Below, piece after piece: positions 7,405-11,410 of a stretch of DNA of 11,410 bases (positions within the stretch are counted from its first letter, which is position 1; the number at the start of each line of letters is the position of its first letter). The DNA comes from Octopus sinensis (taxonomy: Eukaryota), in NCBI RefSeq assembly GCF_006345805.1, contig NW_021827010.1, positions 1-11,410 of the forward strand. Direction: 5' to 3'. Made by a program: the position numbers and the translations under genes. Under the pieces are notes generated by a model. The model saw only the letters and a program-made list of their open reading frames with translations. It did no database searches and was not told the DNA's origin.

Positions 7405-7424
7405 GAGAGAGAGAGAGAGAGAGA
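7405..7424. repeat. (GA)n microsatellite
   Basis: Visible directly. Confidence 0.9.
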
Positions 7425-7534
7425 CAAAAAAGGTATTTGTTTACAATTATCAGCTTGTACTGGATTACACATCGCAGTGATGGCTAAAATTAGTATTGTT
7501 TATACATTGGATATACCATACTTTATACTTTAGC

Positions 7535-7777
7535 ACACGCATGCACACAAACACACACAAACGCATACATGTACACACTCACACACACACACATGCGTGT
7601 GTGCTTATAAGAAGTTCCTATTTATATTTTTCATATTACAAGAGCAAGCTCAACATACGTTTAAGTGTATAGATGTTTGTATGAATGTAGAAACCTATTG
7701 TCTCTCCCTCCTACTCTCTCTCATTCTCTCTGTCTCTCTCGCCATATATACATACATAAATATATATATAGACATAA

Positions 7778-7824
<47 letters not shown>

Positions 7825-8005
7825 CATCTGTACAATATATATTATCATCATCATTTTACATCAATGCTTCCATGCTGGCATGGGTTGGACCATACATATG
7901 TATATTTATGTTTGCAATACATATACATGCATACACACACACTTACACACACACACACATATATATATGCACATACACACACACACATGCACACATACAC
8001 ATACA
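7535..8005. repeat. Compound (CA)n/(CT)n/(TA)n low-complexity region
   Basis: Visible directly. It explains ORFs 7597..8025, 7665..8009 and 7820..8062. Confidence 0.9.
7844..7890 (-). mobile_element. Very short 3'-terminal fragment of the (ATG)n-tailed non-LTR family
   Basis: ATCATCATCATTTTACATCAATGCTTCCATGCTGGCATGGGTTGGAC matches the start of 10905-10950 and 1691-1730. Confidence 0.7.
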
Positions 8006-8114
8006 ATAAAAAACATCAATGTTAATAAAAAAAAATGTAGAAAGTGTTGGAATGAGAATTAGCAAATGAAGATGAATGAGTGCCAAGAAGAATGGTAAAG
8101 CCAGGGGTGGCAGC

Positions 8115-8236
8115 ACACACCACCACCTTCACCACCATCACTGCCACCATCATCACCACCAACACCACCACCATGAGCACTAGTAGAACTCCTACCAACA
8201 ATATCACCGCAACCATCACCACCGCCACCACTAGAA

Positions 8237-8267
<31 letters not shown>

Positions 8268-8362
8268 CAGGAGCTGTATGTAGCACACTCACCTCCACCA
8301 CCATCTTCTCCATCTACCTCCACCATTACCAGTGCCTTATTCACCACCGTCACCACCACCAT
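8115..8362. repeat. Degenerate (CAC)n/(CAT)n trinucleotide repeat
   Basis: Visible directly. It explains ORFs 8022..8288, 8059..8313 and 8080..8283. Confidence 0.92.
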
Positions 8363-8419
8363 GGCAATTACTACGGAGTTTCACTGTTGCTTAACTCACA
8401 AGACATCTGGCATTGTGAG

Positions 8420-9155
8420 ACATACACACACATACATACAGGTGCACATGCACTCACACACATACACAGCAATTGATTCAAACACATTCACATAGACACA
8501 CATATATAAGCACATATACACATACACTCATACTGGCAAACATATATACATGCATTCACAGTTACACACATTTATGGTCAGTTATAGGCTTGGAGATGCA
8601 GAAATGCATCAGATAACATAATAACATACATACACACACAACTGTATCACATACATGTATATATGCACATGCAGACACACACATACATACAGACACATAG
8701 ATATACAGGCAAATATGTCTTTCAACTTACATATATACACATATAAGCAAATAATCACATATATACACATGCAAACACACATAGGTATATTACACATCCA
8801 CTTACACCCCATGAATACACACATACAATCATACTAGCATCTACATACATATACATACATCTACATATACATATACATTCATTTATGTACATATTTACAT
8901 TCACATTACACACATATATACATACACACCAGATACAGTTTATAAAAAATCGTATAAAGAAAAATAGTTGAAATAGCTTTTGGTTAGAAATATAGCCACA
9001 TTATACTCAACATACTATGTATATTTATGTATACATGTGCATATATCTATCTATTGTATGCATTTATGTGCGTGTTTGAGTGTTTGCGTGTATCTATGTT
9101 TGTTTGTCTACATGTATGTGCCTATGTCTGTATTTCTTTGTCTATGCGTATTTAT
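8420..9155. repeat. CA/TA-rich tract (8420-8930) followed by a TG/TA-rich tract (9015-9155)
   Basis: Visible directly. It explains ORFs 8609..8824, 8655..8837, 8980..9219 and 9027..9251. Confidence 0.88.
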
Positions 9156-9392
9156 AAAGGGATGCTACAGTCTAGCTGTCATCTCACCCGTTGTCCCAAC
9201 CTCCTCACTGAATGTGTAAACCCTACTACAAACAGTTTCTTTTTCTTTTAGTAGAAAACTATGTTGATGTAGATTAAACAGATGTTACTGCTGCAGAATA
9301 TCAACATAGGGAGCTTTTAATGAATTTCTTTTTCTTTTTCTTCCTCATAATTAATTCTTGTTCTTTTACTGATTTCTCCCTCCTGCATTAAG

Positions 9393-9476
9393 GTATAAAA
9401 AGCAAGCCCCAGACAAAGTGTCTCACAATGCTTAACTATTTAGTTTGCTGTTATATTGCTATCTGTATATGTTATG
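9393..9476 (+). CDS. Candidate exon (84 nt); CDS from ATG 9428 encodes a signal-peptide-like MLNYLVCCYIAICICY
   Basis: A long pyrimidine tract (9353-9386) precedes AG at 9391-9392, and a perfect donor G|GTAAGT lies at 9476/9477. The frame is open throughout (GIKSKPQTKCLTMLNYLVCCYIAICICY). The ATG has A at -3 and the exon ends in phase 1. Confidence 0.55.
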
Positions 9477-9749
9477 GTAAGTAACCTAGAAGTGTCCAGT
9501 ACAAATTTATACAGGATGTGTATAAAAATTTCTAATTATCAAATGTTAGTTATATATGTGAAGTAACCTGTAGTGGTGCACTCTTTACCTGTTTGGTAAA
9601 GACAAGAAATAAAATATGAGTTGAAGGTAGATTCTAGGGATGAATACATAAGAAAAAAGTTGTGAGGCTGAAATGAATTTCAAGGAATTATGTACAATGA
9701 CATGTTATTTGAAATAGAAAAGTTGCATGTGTGTAGGCATGCACATGCT

Positions 9750-9780
9750 TGTGTTTGTGTGTGTGTGTGTGTGTGTGTTG

Positions 9781-9812
<32 letters not shown>
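9750..9812. repeat. (TG)n microsatellite
   Basis: Visible directly. Confidence 0.95.
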
Positions 9813-9814
<2 letters not shown>

Positions 9815-10320
9815 GCACACAACTAGCAACCCAGTTTGTCCGTATACTACAGGATTTCTAGTATAGATACCAAACAATTTGAAAATAATTATAAGATTTT
9901 AAAATTTTATGAAGCTAAGGAGTAGGTGTCTTTAAAGGTGTCTATGACGAATGAGATTTCATAATTTTCTGTAGTGCAAAGGTTGCACTGTTATTTGTTT
10001 TCTATATATAATATATCCCACTAGAAGTTTTTCTGTTTAAAATCATACTGTTTGAGGATACTTTTCAATTCTAAAATGTAGCTGGAGAATGAAGTTAAAT
10101 TACTTTTGATGGAATTACAAAATGAGTGAATATGTTGATTAAAGCAAAACTTAAAAGATTTAGCTGTAAGGCCAATATATAGTCTAGCCAAATAAAAAGT
10201 TTGTGCAGTATATTGGTTAACTATGTTCTTGACAAAACATTTAGGAATGAAAGGGGAATTACTTTGGTTTTTGTAATTAATTATTAGGATTAGGGTAAAT
10301 ACTACTTTGTTTTAATTTAG

Positions 10321-10430
10321 CTGGGATAGTTCTGGGTGAAGTTAGGTGTGGCAGAATAAGAGAAATTAATGGCAGTTATATTACAAATTCTATAATATAT
10401 ACATTGGAGAGGGACTGTCTTTTTACATGA
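10321..10430 (+). CDS. Candidate next exon: end of the signal peptide plus a CUB-like N-terminal segment, ending at TGA 10428-10430 (possible donor at 10454/10455)
   Basis: Acceptor CTACTTTGTTTTAATTTAG at 10302-10320. Phase 1 is the only long open frame (AGIVLGEVRCGRIREINGSYITNSIIYTLERDCLFT*) and matches the phase of the previous exon. The other phases stop within 6 codons. Confidence 0.5.
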
Positions 10431-10904
10431 AATACAGAAACCTTTAGTTACAAGGTTTGCTACTGCTAAATTTAACAGTAAAATGAACCAATAATTAGAC
10501 CTTTTTCTATATCTATAGCTAGCTAATCTAGTTACAAGTTTAATGCTAGATATTTTCTCTGGAGAACTGCATATATGTATATACATGCTGATATAATTTT
10601 ATGTTTATAATTAGAAAATATAATACATTTGTTCATTAGCAGAAATACCAAAGGGGTTAAATGATGATTTTTTTCTAAAATATTATTGATATTATTAGCA
10701 TAGATTTTGAAAGTTTATGTATTAATTCAAATTTATATTTCCATTGCATTATGGGCTGTATAAATAAAAGCTAGCAAGATTAAGGGCCACCTCTAAGAAG
10801 CTAACAGTGTTAAGGTTTGTTTGAATGGTAGTTTATTAAACATACCCAAATATATACATATATATTTATATTTATACACATGCATATATGTACATATATG
10901 CAAA

Positions 10905-11148
10905 TCATCATCATCGTTTAATGTCCGCTTTCCATGCTAGTGTGGGCTGGACGATTTGACTGAGGTCTGGCAAACCAGATGGTGGAACCAGACTCCAATC
11001 TGATCTGGCAGAGTTTCTACTGCTGGATGCCCTTCCTAACAACAACCACTCTGAGAGTGTAGTGGGTGCTTTTACGTGCCACCGGCATGAGGGCCAGTCA
11101 GGTAGTTCTGGCAATGGCCACACTCAAATGGTGCTTTATATGTGCCAC
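10905..11148 (-). mobile_element. 3' end of a non-LTR element (LINE 3' UTR or LINE-tailed SINE) with (ATG)n tail
   Basis: Longest copy of the family seen at 1691-1867 and 7844-7890. It has an internal direct repeat GGTGCTTTT-ACGTGCCAC (about 11065-11081) / GGTGCTTTATATGTGCCAC (11130-11148). It explains ORF 10911..11123. Confidence 0.8.
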
Positions 11149-11335
11149 ATATATATACATATATATATGTATATATGTATATATGTATATATATGTATGT
11201 GTATATATATATATATAATATAATATATATACATATTATACACAGACGTGTGTGTGTGTGAGGAAATGTACATATATATATATATAACACACACACACAC
11301 ATATGTCTATATATGCGTGTAAACAGATACAAACA
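11149..11335. repeat. TA/TG/CA compound microsatellite
   Basis: Visible directly. It explains ORF 11072..11368. Confidence 0.92.
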
Positions 11336-11410
11336 CATAAAGTAAGAAAAAAATGAAAGAGAGAGCAAGCCATGAATAATGGATGCTGAAAATTTAATAT
11401 TTAATGTGAC

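Noticed and set aside
10317-10586. Minus ORF with GPCR TM2/TM3-like words (NYWFILLLNLAVANL...CKKTVPLQ)
   Set aside because: It lacks the TM1 GN, the TM2 Asp and DRY. The TM2-TM3 spacing is about 18 aa too short. It is antisense to a better-supported plus-strand exon. An HMMER 7tm_1 search would settle it.
10519-10596. Possible third exon (LANLVTSLMLDIFSGELHICIYMLI*) after a 64-nt intron
   Set aside because: It depends on readthrough of TGA 10428 and on a weak donor. The peptide is not clearly CUB-like.
10639-10660. piggyBac-like right end (CAGAAATACCAAAGGGGTTAA)
   Set aside because: No matching left TIR or TTAA was found upstream, and it is too short to call.
1441-11368. Remaining ORF-track entries (poly-YI, HT, RE, SL, D/G/V, T-rich proteins and SINE-derived ORFs)
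   Set aside because: They are translations of microsatellites or of SINE/LINE-tail sequence, with no splice or homology support.

Overview
AT-rich, microsatellite-dense eukaryotic non-coding DNA. The SINE and MITE families look like those I recall from Octopus genomes (recognition only, no database search). Most of the window is probably intronic or intergenic. It holds tRNA-headed SINEs, 3' tails of a non-LTR element, two TTAA-flanked piggyBac-type MITEs, and fossil fragments of three retrotransposon types (Penelope-like RT, CR1/Jockey-like, RLE-type CCHC). Nearly all ORFs in the track are microsatellite or repeat artefacts. The best hidden signal is a complete type I hammerhead ribozyme on the minus strand (727-819), with the palindromic helix III typical of Penelope/retrozyme hammerheads. 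It lies inside a 233-bp unit closed by 19-bp inverted repeats, about 1.6 kb from a decayed Penelope RT. The second signal is a candidate spliced plus-strand gene start absent from the ORF track (exons 9393-9476 and 10321-10454). It encodes a signal peptide followed by a CUB-like segment interrupted by an in-frame TGA.
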